Of a DNA stretch of 64,000 nucleotides, positions 18,679-28,231 are shown piece after piece. The translations under genes and the position numbers were made by a program. Below the pieces are notes generated by a model that was given only the letters and a program-made list of their open reading frames with translations, was not told the DNA's origin and did no database searches. The stretch is taken from assembly GCA_019058315.1 (NCBI GenBank), contig JAHPZH010000002.1:320001-384000 (forward strand). The letters are read 5' to 3'. This stretch comes from Candidatus Helarchaeota archaeon (GTDB lineage Archaea > Asgardarchaeota > Lokiarchaeia > Helarchaeales > RDOG01). The first letter of the stretch is position 1; the number at the start of each line of letters is the position of its first letter.

Positions 18679-20289
18679 TTGGCACAAACACTACAAATTA
18701 AAACTGACCTTAAAAATGTAAATGAAGCAATCGATAAAGCAGTTTCACAATATCCTAATAATATTGCAATTCGTTTTGGAGGAGAAGAAATTACATACAA
18801 GGCTTTCTCAGAAACTGTAATGCAGGTCGCTAGTGCTTTGAAAAAACTAGGTGTTAAAAAAGGAGATAAAGTTGCGGTAGTCTTGGCTAATGTTCCAGAA
18901 TATATTTATTCCTTCTATGGAGCATTAAGAATTGGGGCTGTCCTTGCTCCAATGATTAGAATGCTGAAACCTGATGAAATAGCATCTAATTGTACAGAAG
19001 CAGAATGTAAAGTGTTAATTATTTCTGATGACGGTAAAAGAACGGTGAAGAAAACAAGAAAACAAGATAAGCAATTAGAACATGTAATAATCGTTGGAGA
19101 TAAAGAAATAGAAGAAACAATAAATTGGAAAGATTTCATTGCAACGGGGACAAAGGATTATATTTCTCCTGGTGACATTGGTCTTGATGATTGGGCAACA
19201 ATTAATTTCACTAGTGGAACTACTGGAAAGCCTAAGGGAACAATTCATAGCCATAAGAATTATGTATATGCTGCCATAGGGCAACGCTTGGCTACAAAAG
19301 GAAGTCCTGAAGATTCTGCTGTTCTTGTCTTACCAATGTATCATATCTTTGGATTATCTGTTATGAATGCCAGTCTTAATATTGGTTCCATGTTAAATAT
19401 GCTTCCTGGATTTCTTGTTCAAGATGCGCTTAAAGAGCTTTGTCATCCTCGAACATCAACTTTTTACGCAGTTCCAGCAATGTATGCCATAATATTGGCG
19501 CAGGAGAATATTAATGAATTTGTTGGGAAGTTTAGTCCCAATTTAAAATTTGTTTTAAGTGGTGCTGCACCTTTACCAATGGGACTTATTAAGAGAATGG
19601 AAAAAATATTTATTGATACAAATGGTAGACAAATACCAATAGTAGAAGGTTGGGGCACAACGGAAGACGCAGTTTATGGTACTGTAAACCCGTGGGATGA
19701 GCCAGACAAAATTAAATATGGTTCAATTGGAAAACCATTCCCTGATTGCAAAATTTTAATAGTTGATGATGATGGAAAACCAGTTCCGAAAGGAGAACGT
19801 GGTGAAATGGCAGTACAAAATCCTGGAGTGATGCTTGGCTACTTAAATATGCCTAAAAAAACAAAAGAAGTATTAAAACCAGTGAAAGGAGAAGAAGGAA
19901 TCTGGTATTATACTGGAGATATTGGTATTATAGATGATGATGGTTATTATTACATTGTTGACCGTAAGAAAGATCTCATAATCGTCGGTGGAAGAAATGT
20001 AATTCCGAGGGATGTTGAGGAAGTTCTCTTTAAGCATCCAAAAATTCATGAAGCTACCGTTGTTGGAGCACCACACGAAAAGATGGGTGAAACAGTTCGG
20101 GCTATTATTGTTCTTAAAAAGGATGAGGAAATGACAGAACAAGAAGTTATGGATTATTGTAAGGAGAACTTAGCAGATTATAAATGTCCCAGGATAGTGG
20201 AATTCGAAAAAATGTTAAAGAAAACTTCAACTGGAAAAATCTTGAAGAAGGATTATCGAGCAAGCTTCAAGGAAATTAGAGGAGATTAA
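18679..20289 (+). CDS. Long-chain fatty acid--CoA ligase (AMP-forming)
   Basis: FTSGTTGKPKG, LPMYHIFG, SGAAP, GWGTTE, TGD, DRKKD, TGKILK. Confidence 0.93.
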   Translation: MAQTLQIKTDLKNVNEAIDKAVSQYPNNIAIRFGGEEITYKAFSETVMQVASALKKLGVKKGDKVAVVLANVPEYIYSFYGALRIGAVLAPMIRMLKPDEIASNCTEAECKVLIISDDGKRTVKKTRKQDKQLEHVIIVGDKEIEETINWKDFIATGTKDYISPGDIGLDDWATINFTSGTTGKPKGTIHSHKNYVYAAIGQRLATKGSPEDSAVLVLPMYHIFGLSVMNASLNIGSMLNMLPGFLVQDALKELCHPRTSTFYAVPAMYAIILAQENINEFVGKFSPNLKFVLSGAAPLPMGLIKRMEKIFIDTNGRQIPIVEGWGTTEDAVYGTVNPWDEPDKIKYGSIGKPFPDCKILIVDDDGKPVPKGERGEMAVQNPGVMLGYLNMPKKTKEVLKPVKGEEGIWYYTGDIGIIDDDGYYYIVDRKKDLIIVGGRNVIPRDVEEVLFKHPKIHEATVVGAPHEKMGETVRAIIVLKKDEEMTEQEVMDYCKENLADYKCPRIVEFEKMLKKTSTGKILKKDYRASFKEIRGD

Positions 20290-20340
20290 CAACTTCTTTT
20301 TCTTTTTATTATTTTTCTTTTAAAAAGTTTCTTTTTTTTA

Positions 20341-20979
20341 TTATGGATTTTCAAATTTATTAATAATTAAATAGCTTATTCCAAGACTTAATGTTATTGT
20401 TCCCATAATTATCAATCCGGTCTCTATGTTAGGACCAGACTCCATTAGTAATGAAGCAATAACCACAAAATAAAATATTTCTCTTGAAGCTCCAGTCATC
20501 ATCCAATAAATAACTGCGCCAAATTTTAAAGATTCGTCAGAACGATGAGGTATTACGAATATTGCTACAAAAAATCCAATCCCAAGAATTATCAACATGA
20601 CCCCATTTACCTTTGTTTGTCTCTTCATATCCATTCTCATTAATCTTAAATGTGGTTTAGATGTTGGTTTTCTGAATATCCTAAAAATTAGACCTATGAC
20701 GATTATTAAAACTCCTAAAATTAATAAAAGAACTCCCATCTCAGCTAAATCACGAACAGCTGCTACAAAAGTTACAGTAAACCCCATCATACATATAGCA
20801 AAACCTATAAGAGGACACGCTGGTAAAAGAAAATCTCTTAAAACTTCAATCTTCATGTTATCTATTTCTTTAATATAATCCCTCTCAGGAAGATCTTCTT
20901 GACAATTCTCGCAAAATCCATTAAAATGCTCATTTTGACGTTCTGAAATTTCCTTTCCACATTTTCTGCAATATGGCAA
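20341..20979 (-). CDS. Membrane protein with N-terminal zinc ribbon
   Basis: CRKCG…FCENC followed by 4-5 hydrophobic segments. Confidence 0.7.
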   Translation of the reverse strand: MPYCRKCGKEISERQNEHFNGFCENCQEDLPERDYIKEIDNMKIEVLRDFLLPACPLIGFAICMMGFTVTFVAAVRDLAEMGVLLLILGVLIIVIGLIFRIFRKPTSKPHLRLMRMDMKRQTKVNGVMLIILGIGFFVAIFVIPHRSDESLKFGAVIYWMMTGASREIFYFVVIASLLMESGPNIETGLIIMGTITLSLGISYLIINKFENP

Positions 20980-21104
20980 ATATCTCCACCTAATTTACCT
21001 TTATTTTATATTTTTTTATTTTTTTCTTTTGAGGCAATAAATACCTAATTCCTAGCTCTTACTATAATGCTTAAATAAAAATAAAAGATTTAGTAAATTT
21101 AATT

Positions 21105-21222
21105 GAGTATAGATGTCCACGAATTGTGGAATTCGAAAAAAATGCTAAAAAAGACATCCACTAGAAAAATCTTGAAGAAAGATTATAGGGCTAGCTTTAA
21201 AGCGATTAGAGGTGAAGAATAA
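21105..21222 (+). pseudogene. Diverged, frameshifted duplicate of the acyl-CoA ligase 3' end
   Basis: EYRCPRIVEFEK(+1 A)MLKKTSTRKILKKDYRASFKAIRGEE* versus DYKCPRIVEFEKMLKKTSTGKILKKDYRASFKEIRGD* at 20176-20289. Confidence 0.85.
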
Positions 21223-21288
21223 CGCATTTTTTAATTTAAAATAAATTTTTTATTTCCTTTTTTTCTTTATTATAATGGAAGTATTTTA

Positions 21289-21438
21289 ATGCTTAGACCA
21301 TTACCTGGTGGACCTAAAGAATGTATTTGCCCAATGTGCGGGGAAAGAGTTTTAGAAGCAAGAGGAATTCCTTGTAGATCCAAAAAATGTCCTAAATGTG
21401 GTTCTTACTTGATAAAATCTCCTCTAAAACGATTTTAA
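21289..21438 (+). CDS. 49-aa Cys-rich zinc-finger microprotein
   Basis: MLRPLPGGPKECICPMCGERVLEARGIPCRSKKCPKCGSYLIKSPLKRF; not in the ORF track. Confidence 0.75.
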   Translation: MLRPLPGGPKECICPMCGERVLEARGIPCRSKKCPKCGSYLIKSPLKRF

Positions 21439-21484
21439 TAAATTCATTGGGTCAATTTTTCCAATTTTATTGAGAAAAAATAGT

Positions 21485-22294
21485 TTATAAATTAATTATA
21501 TCAGGGGAGAGTCCAGTTCTAAAAAAAATTATTTTTTCATAAATTCTCTGAAACCAATTTATAGGTCTCCCTTCTAATAAATGAGCAAGAAAAGATTGAG
21601 GAGGATCTTTAGGTTTTGCTCCACCAACAAAATCTGCACCAGCTTTAAAAAATGGATCTGGAAACATAGTACAAGAAGGACCAATAATACCTCGCAATTT
21701 TGCATTTTTACAAGTATCTAACAACTCTTCTGTTGAATGATATAATAGACTAGCCCCAGTTGCAATAAGAATATCCGCTTCTGCCAGATCCTTAATTGAC
21801 TCCGCTATTGTTATCCTTTTATCATAGTCATCTTTTAAATTCTTTTCTAATACAATAACTTTTCCTGCATTTTCAACCCAATATTTTATATATGGTGTAA
21901 TATATCCGACTTGCGCTACAATATCCTTATCTTTTGGCTTAATTATCGCCATTGGGTCGTATTCTTCTCCAAAATAAATTTGTTTATTTTTCCAGAAATC
22001 AGTTTTATCAAACCACCACAATGAATACGCGTTGATTAGAGCTATCCCTAAAGAACGTTCTGCGTTTAGTGCCATGTTTGCTGCTTTTATTGCATTTAAT
22101 ATTTCGTTTTTATTATGTGGGACTTTAATATCACCTTCCATTTCTGGATCTATAAAACAAGCTCCACTATTTCCAGTTTCTAGTAAAACTGTAACAAAAT
22201 GACCGGTTTTTCCTACCGCAACAACATTTGGTGGTTCATTTTCCTTAAAAATCTTCGATATTAAATTAATTTCATTTTTTAAAATTTCAGACAT
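21485..22294 (-). CDS. DUF364-type Rossmann-like (putative metal/pterin-binding) protein
   Basis: ERSLGIALINA, VAQVGY, ADILIATGASL, IIGPS, GADFVGG. Confidence 0.8.
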   Translation of the reverse strand: MSEILKNEINLISKIFKENEPPNVVAVGKTGHFVTVLLETGNSGACFIDPEMEGDIKVPHNKNEILNAIKAANMALNAERSLGIALINAYSLWWFDKTDFWKNKQIYFGEEYDPMAIIKPKDKDIVAQVGYITPYIKYWVENAGKVIVLEKNLKDDYDKRITIAESIKDLAEADILIATGASLLYHSTEELLDTCKNAKLRGIIGPSCTMFPDPFFKAGADFVGGAKPKDPPQSFLAHLLEGRPINWFQRIYEKIIFFRTGLSPDIINL

Positions 22295-22309
22295 AAATAA
22301 AACTCCATT

Positions 22310-23191
22310 TCAAATTATTTTTATAAAAAATATTTCTAATTGACAACTTCCATTAAGTTTAAAAAGCCAATAATCAAAGATTGAAATACCATAGCCCCAA
22401 AAATTATAATCTCGTATATATGGGCAACACATCACGAAAAACACGGAAATACTAAATAATATAGTTAAAATTAGAACCAGCACATCTAAAATAGAGATTG
22501 AGATTTCATGAAAATAGGTTCTTTCGCCTTTAATACGAAATCCTCTTGCTTGAAGGGCCATCGCCATATTATTAGTATTTAAGATGAAATTAAATAATAT
22601 AGTAGTTAATAAAACTTTCAAATTTGATAATCTGGTTCTGATACCACCATGTGTAATACTAATTCCCTTTGCCTCCATAGCCATTTGAATTTCATCACTT
22701 TCCATTAGAATCAGTGGTAAAAAATAAAGCGCAAGACTAACCATAAAAGAAATTACATACGGAATTTTCATTTTTGTTAATGCTAAAAGAAAATCCTTAC
22801 GATTAGTAGTCATAGCAAATATAGAACCTGCAAAAATGAGAATCATAAATCTAAAACTAATCAAAAGACCATAAAAAATACCATCCCAACTTAGAAGTAT
22901 CCAACCTCCAAAAATCGGGATATTTTGGGGTATTATGTAAATCGGGAAAAGAGGATTATAATATAATATAGTTTGAAAAAAAATAATTGGAATAATCATT
23001 GAAATAAGCTTTCTTAAATACATAAATGGGCTGAATTTTTTGGATTTTAAAAAGATGAAAAAAAGAAATTCAGAAATAAAAATTACAAATAAGATAATAA
23101 GATTCTGTACTAAAACAGAAATTGTCGAAACACAAAGTAAAATAATGAACTTAACTCGTGGATCCGTACTTTTTTCTGAATTAGTTTGCAT
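22310..23191 (-). CDS. ecfT: ECF transporter T component
   Basis: DPRVK, TM segments, AMEAKG and ALQARGF. Confidence 0.92.
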   Translation of the reverse strand: MQTNSEKSTDPRVKFIILLCVSTISVLVQNLIILFVIFISEFLFFIFLKSKKFSPFMYLRKLISMIIPIIFFQTILYYNPLFPIYIIPQNIPIFGGWILLSWDGIFYGLLISFRFMILIFAGSIFAMTTNRKDFLLALTKMKIPYVISFMVSLALYFLPLILMESDEIQMAMEAKGISITHGGIRTRLSNLKVLLTTILFNFILNTNNMAMALQARGFRIKGERTYFHEISISILDVLVLILTILFSISVFFVMCCPYIRDYNFWGYGISIFDYWLFKLNGSCQLEIFFIKII

Positions 23192-24005
23192 TTTTGAGTT
23201 TTTCCTCTAAATAATCAATTAAATTTTCATAATTAGTTAAAGATGGAAAATTTTTGAATTTTTTAAGTTGGTCAAATAATTTTAGCATGAATGGTAATCT
23301 CAAACCCACTTCAAGAAGTCTCTTAGGATCTTCTCTCAATTTAGTTATAGAATCATCAAAAATTTTTCTTCCTTTATCTAATATTATTATTCTATTACAA
23401 AAATTAAGAATTGAGTCAATATCATGTGAGATCAAAATTAAAATGTGGTCTTTTTTTAATTTGATTAGAAATGATAATAAATTTTCTTTTCTATTGTAAT
23501 CTAAACCAGCAAATGGTTCATCTAATATTATGACCTTTGGTCTGCTAGCTAAAATAAAACCTAAATTTACTCTTTTTTTTTCTCCTTGGCTTAATCTTCT
23601 TGGATGAAACTTTTGAATTGTATATAACCCTAAAAATCTTAAAATATTCTTTGTAATTCGTTCAAGGTTTTCTAAAGACACTTTTTTTCGTTTTAAACCA
23701 ATAGAAACCTCATCATAAATACTACTAGTGCAAAGCATTACATCTGGGTTCTGAAATAAATAACCAACTTGTTCAGAAATATTAAAAATGGATAATTTTT
23801 TATAATCTATTTCATTTAATAGCATTTTACCGGAATTAGGTTTGATAAATCCTGCAATTATTTTTGCTAAAGTTGACTTTCCTGCTCCATTTGGACCAAT
23901 TAACCCAATAACTTCATTTTTTTCAATATCTAAATTTAAATCCTGAATTGCGGGAATTTTACCACGATATTTAAAATTAATATTTTCAATTTTTATTATC
24001 GACAT
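23181..24005 (-). CDS. ecfA: ECF transporter ATPase
   Basis: GPNGAGKST, FQNPD, LSQGE, LDEP, SHD. Confidence 0.92.
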   Translation of the reverse strand: MSIIKIENINFKYRGKIPAIQDLNLDIEKNEVIGLIGPNGAGKSTLAKIIAGFIKPNSGKMLLNEIDYKKLSIFNISEQVGYLFQNPDVMLCTSSIYDEVSIGLKRKKVSLENLERITKNILRFLGLYTIQKFHPRRLSQGEKKRVNLGFILASRPKVIILDEPFAGLDYNRKENLLSFLIKLKKDHILILISHDIDSILNFCNRIIILDKGRKIFDDSITKLREDPKRLLEVGLRLPFMLKLFDQLKKFKNFPSLTNYENLIDYLEEKLKNAN

Positions 24006-24847
24006 ATAATATCACTTAAAATACTGATTCCATCAGAAAATTTTACTGGAATCTCAAAATCAAAATCAATTCTTTTCTTCAAATCTAAAAATAATTTCGT
24101 TATAGGTGGAGGGATTAATTTATATTTATTTAAAAATTCAATATTTGAAAAAATCATATTTGGTTTATCGTTACCGATGATTTGTCCTTTATCTAAAACG
24201 ATGATACGTTCTGCTAATTCGCCTAAAATTTCTGCATTATGTGAGACTAAAATTATTGTAGTTCCTGATTGATGAATTTTTTTTAAGATATTGAAAATCC
24301 GGTTTGAATAAATAGGATCAAGATATGAAGTAGGTTCATCTAAAACTAATATTTGTGGTTTCATTATTAATATGGAAGCTAAAGATACTAATTGTTTTTG
24401 CCCACCTGATAGTGCTGTAGTATCTCTATTAATTAATTCAGTAATGCCAATTTCTTCTAGAATTATATTTAACCTTGTAGACATTTCTTTTTTAGGAATA
24501 GCTAAATTTTCCAACCCAAAAACAATCTCACTTTCTACATCAGGAGAAAAGATTTGGAAGTCTGGATTTTGAAAGAGAAATCCTACTTTGTCTGCAAAAT
24601 CTTGAATTTCATAATCAAGTGTATTATTACTAAGAACTTCTACTGATCCCTCGAAATCTCCTTTAAAAAAATGAGGAACTAATCCATTTAATAAATATAT
24701 TAATGTAGATTTTCCAGAACCAGATTCTCCCATAACTCCAATAAATTCCCCTTCATTAATTTCAAGATTAATATTTACTAAATTCAAAATTGGTGATGTT
24801 GCATATCTAAAATTGACATTTTTTAATTTTATTATTTTATATACCAT
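23996..24847 (-). CDS. ecfA: ECF transporter ATPase
   Basis: GESGSGKST, FQNPD, LSGGQ, LDEPT. Confidence 0.92.
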   Translation of the reverse strand: MVYKIIKLKNVNFRYATSPILNLVNINLEINEGEFIGVMGESGSGKSTLIYLLNGLVPHFFKGDFEGSVEVLSNNTLDYEIQDFADKVGFLFQNPDFQIFSPDVESEIVFGLENLAIPKKEMSTRLNIILEEIGITELINRDTTALSGGQKQLVSLASILIMKPQILVLDEPTSYLDPIYSNRIFNILKKIHQSGTTIILVSHNAEILGELAERIIVLDKGQIIGNDKPNMIFSNIEFLNKYKLIPPPITKLFLDLKKRIDFDFEIPVKFSDGISILSDIICR

Positions 24848-24867
24848 GGTAATCGAAAAAAACTGTT

Positions 24868-25452
24868 TTATATATTAATTTCAACACTAATTACATACTT
24901 TGCACAAAGTCTGCCGTTATAATCATCTCCAAATTTAAATATACAATATGCTTGACTTGTAATAGTCCGAACTGGTCCTTCTCCACCTAACTCTTTTTTT
25001 AATATTGGCAGACCATCTTCTAAATAGACTAATAGAATTTCTTCGTTCCAAGTATCAATATCAGCTTTTGGATAACTTATTGCCCAACCATCTTGTGCTT
25101 TTATTGAAACTTCAGAATATGTTGACACGTTCATTATATCATAGACTAAATGTTTCAAAGAAAAGCCCTTATAAGCATGTGTCGATTCACCTGTACTTGT
25201 CTTATAAACAAAGGCTTTTGTTACATTCGAATGACGATCGAATTCTTGAATTGTAAAAGTTCTAGAACTATTAACTGCAGATCCTCCAATTTTAACCGTC
25301 CATAAAAAAGGTAATAATAATAAATTACGTTGTGTGCTCTGGGTTTGATTTTTTTGATATTGATAATAATAAAAATAATAGATTAATGAAGGAACCAAAA
25401 TTAAAATTAGAACAATATTAATTATTAAAAAAATTTTTACATCTCTCTTCAA
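24868..25452 (-). CDS. Membrane-anchored molybdopterin-oxidoreductase-like domain protein (paralogue 3)
   Basis: N-terminal TM; WTVKIGG…YKGFSL…AQDGW…LLVY…DG…GP.R…KYVISVE. Confidence 0.72.
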   Translation of the reverse strand: MKRDVKIFLIINIVLILILVPSLIYYFYYYQYQKNQTQSTQRNLLLLPFLWTVKIGGSAVNSSRTFTIQEFDRHSNVTKAFVYKTSTGESTHAYKGFSLKHLVYDIMNVSTYSEVSIKAQDGWAISYPKADIDTWNEEILLVYLEDGLPILKKELGGEGPVRTITSQAYCIFKFGDDYNGRLCAKYVISVEINI

Positions 25453-25477
25453 TTCTATCTTGCCTTTATCGTTTAAT

Positions 25478-26095
25478 TTAAGAATTTATTTGAAAAGCTA
25501 TAACATGCCTTACACACCATATGCCATTAAATTGACCCAAATTCCCATATTTTGTAATAGTATAATTCTGGGTAACAACATTATATACGGGTTTATAATA
25601 ATCAGTTAAATTTTGCCCCTCTCTTTTATATGCTAAGAAAAGATCATCCCAAAATACTGGATTATCAATGTCAGTTTGTTGAAAAGTCATAGAATATCCA
25701 TCAGAGGCTATGATATTTACGCTAGAATATGAACTTACATTCATTATATCATAAATTAAACGTCTAAATGGAATTCCCGTATAATTGACAATATCACTAA
25801 CTAAAACACTTCCCTCTTTTCGTGTTATATTAACATATCTAGTTAAATTTGACCATGTAACAAAATCTGAGTAATTCAATTTTAGAATATCTACTGCAGA
25901 TCCATTTACTGTTAAAGGGAAATCTGGTATATTCTCATAAGTACCTGAATTTTGCTTCAAAGTTATAAGTAATAATTCATATGGTTGATTATTTGGATTT
26001 ACTAATATGTACCCAATTGGTATAACTATTCCAATTCCTATTATTATTGAAATTATTGATATTTTAATTGAATTTTTCAATTTTCTTCTTCTCAT
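25478..26095 (-). CDS. Membrane-anchored molybdopterin-oxidoreductase-like domain protein (paralogue 2)
   Basis: N-terminal TM; LTVNGSAV…YTGIPF…ASDGY…LAYKREG…VRHV. Confidence 0.72.
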   Translation of the reverse strand: MRRRKLKNSIKISIISIIIGIGIVIPIGYILVNPNNQPYELLLITLKQNSGTYENIPDFPLTVNGSAVDILKLNYSDFVTWSNLTRYVNITRKEGSVLVSDIVNYTGIPFRRLIYDIMNVSSYSSVNIIASDGYSMTFQQTDIDNPVFWDDLFLAYKREGQNLTDYYKPVYNVVTQNYTITKYGNLGQFNGIWCVRHVIAFQINS

Positions 26096-26125
26096 TAATT
26101 AAAAAAATTTAAAAAAAATAAAAAA

Positions 26126-26734
26126 TTAAGTTATTTCAATAGTTTCTACCAGTCTTACAGTGTTAAAACCATTAAAGTTAGTACCAAAAACTGCAAGGCT
26201 GAATTCCTTAGTAAACACTGATCTTACAATTTCTTGACTTGTTAGATAATGACCATCCCTTTTATATGCTAACATAATATCATCTGCAAAGGTGGCATTA
26301 TCGATATCTGTTTGATTATATGTCTTAGCCCAAATGGGATTGTCTGATGGAATTAATGTAATGTTTGTATAAGAAGTTACATTAGCAATATCGTAGATCA
26401 AGTGAGTAAAAGGAATTCCAACCCAAAATTCTGTATAATTCAGCAGATCTGCAGCTCCACCCCACCTTTTTTCCATGACAACAATATATCTAGCAAGATA
26501 TGAGTGTTGTTCGAAATCTTCTAAAGTCAAATTAAACTCAACCGGAACTGCTGAACCATTAACTTTAATATTAATTAACGGTGGTGAAGGTGTTTCTTGC
26601 ATCATTGCAAGAGCAATGACAATTGGTCCAGTATCAACTCGACTTTGTATATTCAGAAAATAAAAAGTTGGAACTATTATTCCTGTTGCAACAACAAAAC
26701 CCAAGATAAAACTTATTCCAATATTCTTATCCAT
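26126..26734 (-). CDS. Membrane-anchored molybdopterin-oxidoreductase-like domain protein (paralogue 1)
   Basis: N-terminal TM; IKVNGSAV…WVGIPF…PSD…LAYKRDG…VRLVETIE. Confidence 0.72.
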   Translation of the reverse strand: MDKNIGISFILGFVVATGIIVPTFYFLNIQSRVDTGPIVIALAMMQETPSPPLINIKVNGSAVPVEFNLTLEDFEQHSYLARYIVVMEKRWGGAADLLNYTEFWVGIPFTHLIYDIANVTSYTNITLIPSDNPIWAKTYNQTDIDNATFADDIMLAYKRDGHYLTSQEIVRSVFTKEFSLAVFGTNFNGFNTVRLVETIEIT

Positions 26735-26747
26735 TCATTTTCACCTC

Positions 26748-27365
26748 CTATTCCAATATTTCGTAATATTTATCTGTTTTAGCACAAACAGGGCATAACT
26801 TCTTCCCATCTATCTCCTCAACTGCGTAATCTAATATACTTTCGCCACAATTTTCACATAAAAATTCATTATGCTTAATTGATGCATTTTCAATTAATGA
26901 ATTATCCGTAATTTTTACCTTTTTAACAATACAAATCTCCTGCATCTTCATATCTAAAATTTCTTTTCCAAAATTTTTAGTTATTTCCAAAATCTTTTTT
27001 CTATCATTTATTTCAAATAATTCTCTGATTTTATTGGATATTTCAGTCATTCTTTCTTGAAAATTCGATTTTACTGTAACCCTAACTGCATTTCCTGTTT
27101 TTTTATCTAGCATTGTTAGAGCTAATTTACCATAATTCTTTATTATTAAATCTCCACAGCCATATGTAGCTTTTGAGACTACTTGAATACCGTCCATAAA
27201 ACAATGTCTTGTTTCTGATATAACAAATAAATCCTTAATTTTTGGATTTTTAATACCAAGTTTATCTAATGCTGCTAAAGTTAATTTAATTCCAAGAGCA
27301 TAAGGAGCACTTATTACTCCATCATGAAAATATCTTGCAAATTCTAACATTTTGTTCTCGTTCAT
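26748..27365 (-). CDS. FmdE-family protein with C-terminal zinc finger
   Basis: YFHD…ALG…ETRHCFMDGIQVVSKATYG…YGKLALT…CENCGE…CPVC. Confidence 0.88.
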   Translation of the reverse strand: MNENKMLEFARYFHDGVISAPYALGIKLTLAALDKLGIKNPKIKDLFVISETRHCFMDGIQVVSKATYGCGDLIIKNYGKLALTMLDKKTGNAVRVTVKSNFQERMTEISNKIRELFEINDRKKILEITKNFGKEILDMKMQEICIVKKVKITDNSLIENASIKHNEFLCENCGESILDYAVEEIDGKKLCPVCAKTDKYYEILE

Positions 27366-27383
27366 AGCGATAACTCGCGAACT

Positions 27384-28103
27384 TTATAATAGATTTTCTT
27401 TAATTTCTTCCTCACTATCTAGATGTAAGTCATACCATTTATCATCTTTATCTAATGTTAATATTTGAACTTGGGATAGTTTATCATATTCAATAACTAT
27501 TCCTCGAGCGATTAACCCTCCTAAACCTCCTGATATAAATGCAATAATAATAACAATTATTAAAAGAATCATTGGAAGATCTAAAATAACAATATTTACT
27601 AAATAAGTGCCAACAACATTTGCCGCTGCCCCCTCAAAATAGTAGCCAATGTAATTTCCTTCGCCTAATTTATGCATAATAAATGCAACTATATCAACTG
27701 CTATTCCTGGGGCTGAATATGTTAGGAATGAAAAAATTCCATGAGATCCGAATGGCATCAATAAAATCATAAATGTTTGAATAACTGCTGCGATAGTTGC
27801 TGCTCCATTTTTTTTAGTTAATTCCCTTGCTAATATTAACCACATCATATATAATCCACCTGCAACCGAACCTCCTGGTATATTTACAGGTCGTAATATA
27901 AAGGATAAAGCAGGTAGAATTAATTGTTTTGAGCCTATTCCCAAAGCTGCCATTAGAGGGATAATGATAAAATCTTTAATTTCAAATTTTGATTTCTTTT
28001 TCTTTATTTTTTTATCAATTTTTTCTTCATTATTTCCATTTTGTTCATTAATTCTGTCTTTTTCATTAATTTGGCTCTTTTCATTAATTCGACTTTCTTC
28101 CAA
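27384..28103 (-). CDS. ECF transporter substrate-specific S component
   Basis: About 6 TM, AALG, PGGSVAGGLYMMW, ISGGLGG; first gene of the ECF operon. Confidence 0.82.
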   Translation of the reverse strand: MEESRINEKSQINEKDRINEQNGNNEEKIDKKIKKKKSKFEIKDFIIIPLMAALGIGSKQLILPALSFILRPVNIPGGSVAGGLYMMWLILARELTKKNGAATIAAVIQTFMILLMPFGSHGIFSFLTYSAPGIAVDIVAFIMHKLGEGNYIGYYFEGAAANVVGTYLVNIVILDLPMILLIIVIIIAFISGGLGGLIARGIVIEYDKLSQVQILTLDKDDKWYDLHLDSEEEIKENLL

Positions 28104-28140
28104 TTTTTATCAAATCCAAAAATGAATGCGAATAAGATTT

Positions 28141-28178
28141 TTTAAACCGATATGAATAATTATACATATCAGTTTAAA
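28141..28178. promoter_or_regulatory. 38-bp near-perfect palindrome containing a ModE-box-like core
   Basis: TTTAAACCGATATGAATAATTATACATATCAGTTTAAA, with two mismatched pairs, between the divergent ECF operon and mobB. Confidence 0.7.
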
Positions 28179-28231
28179 TTCTTTACTCTAAATGTAAAAA
28201 TTAAAAATATGATAAGGTGAAATGATCTATC

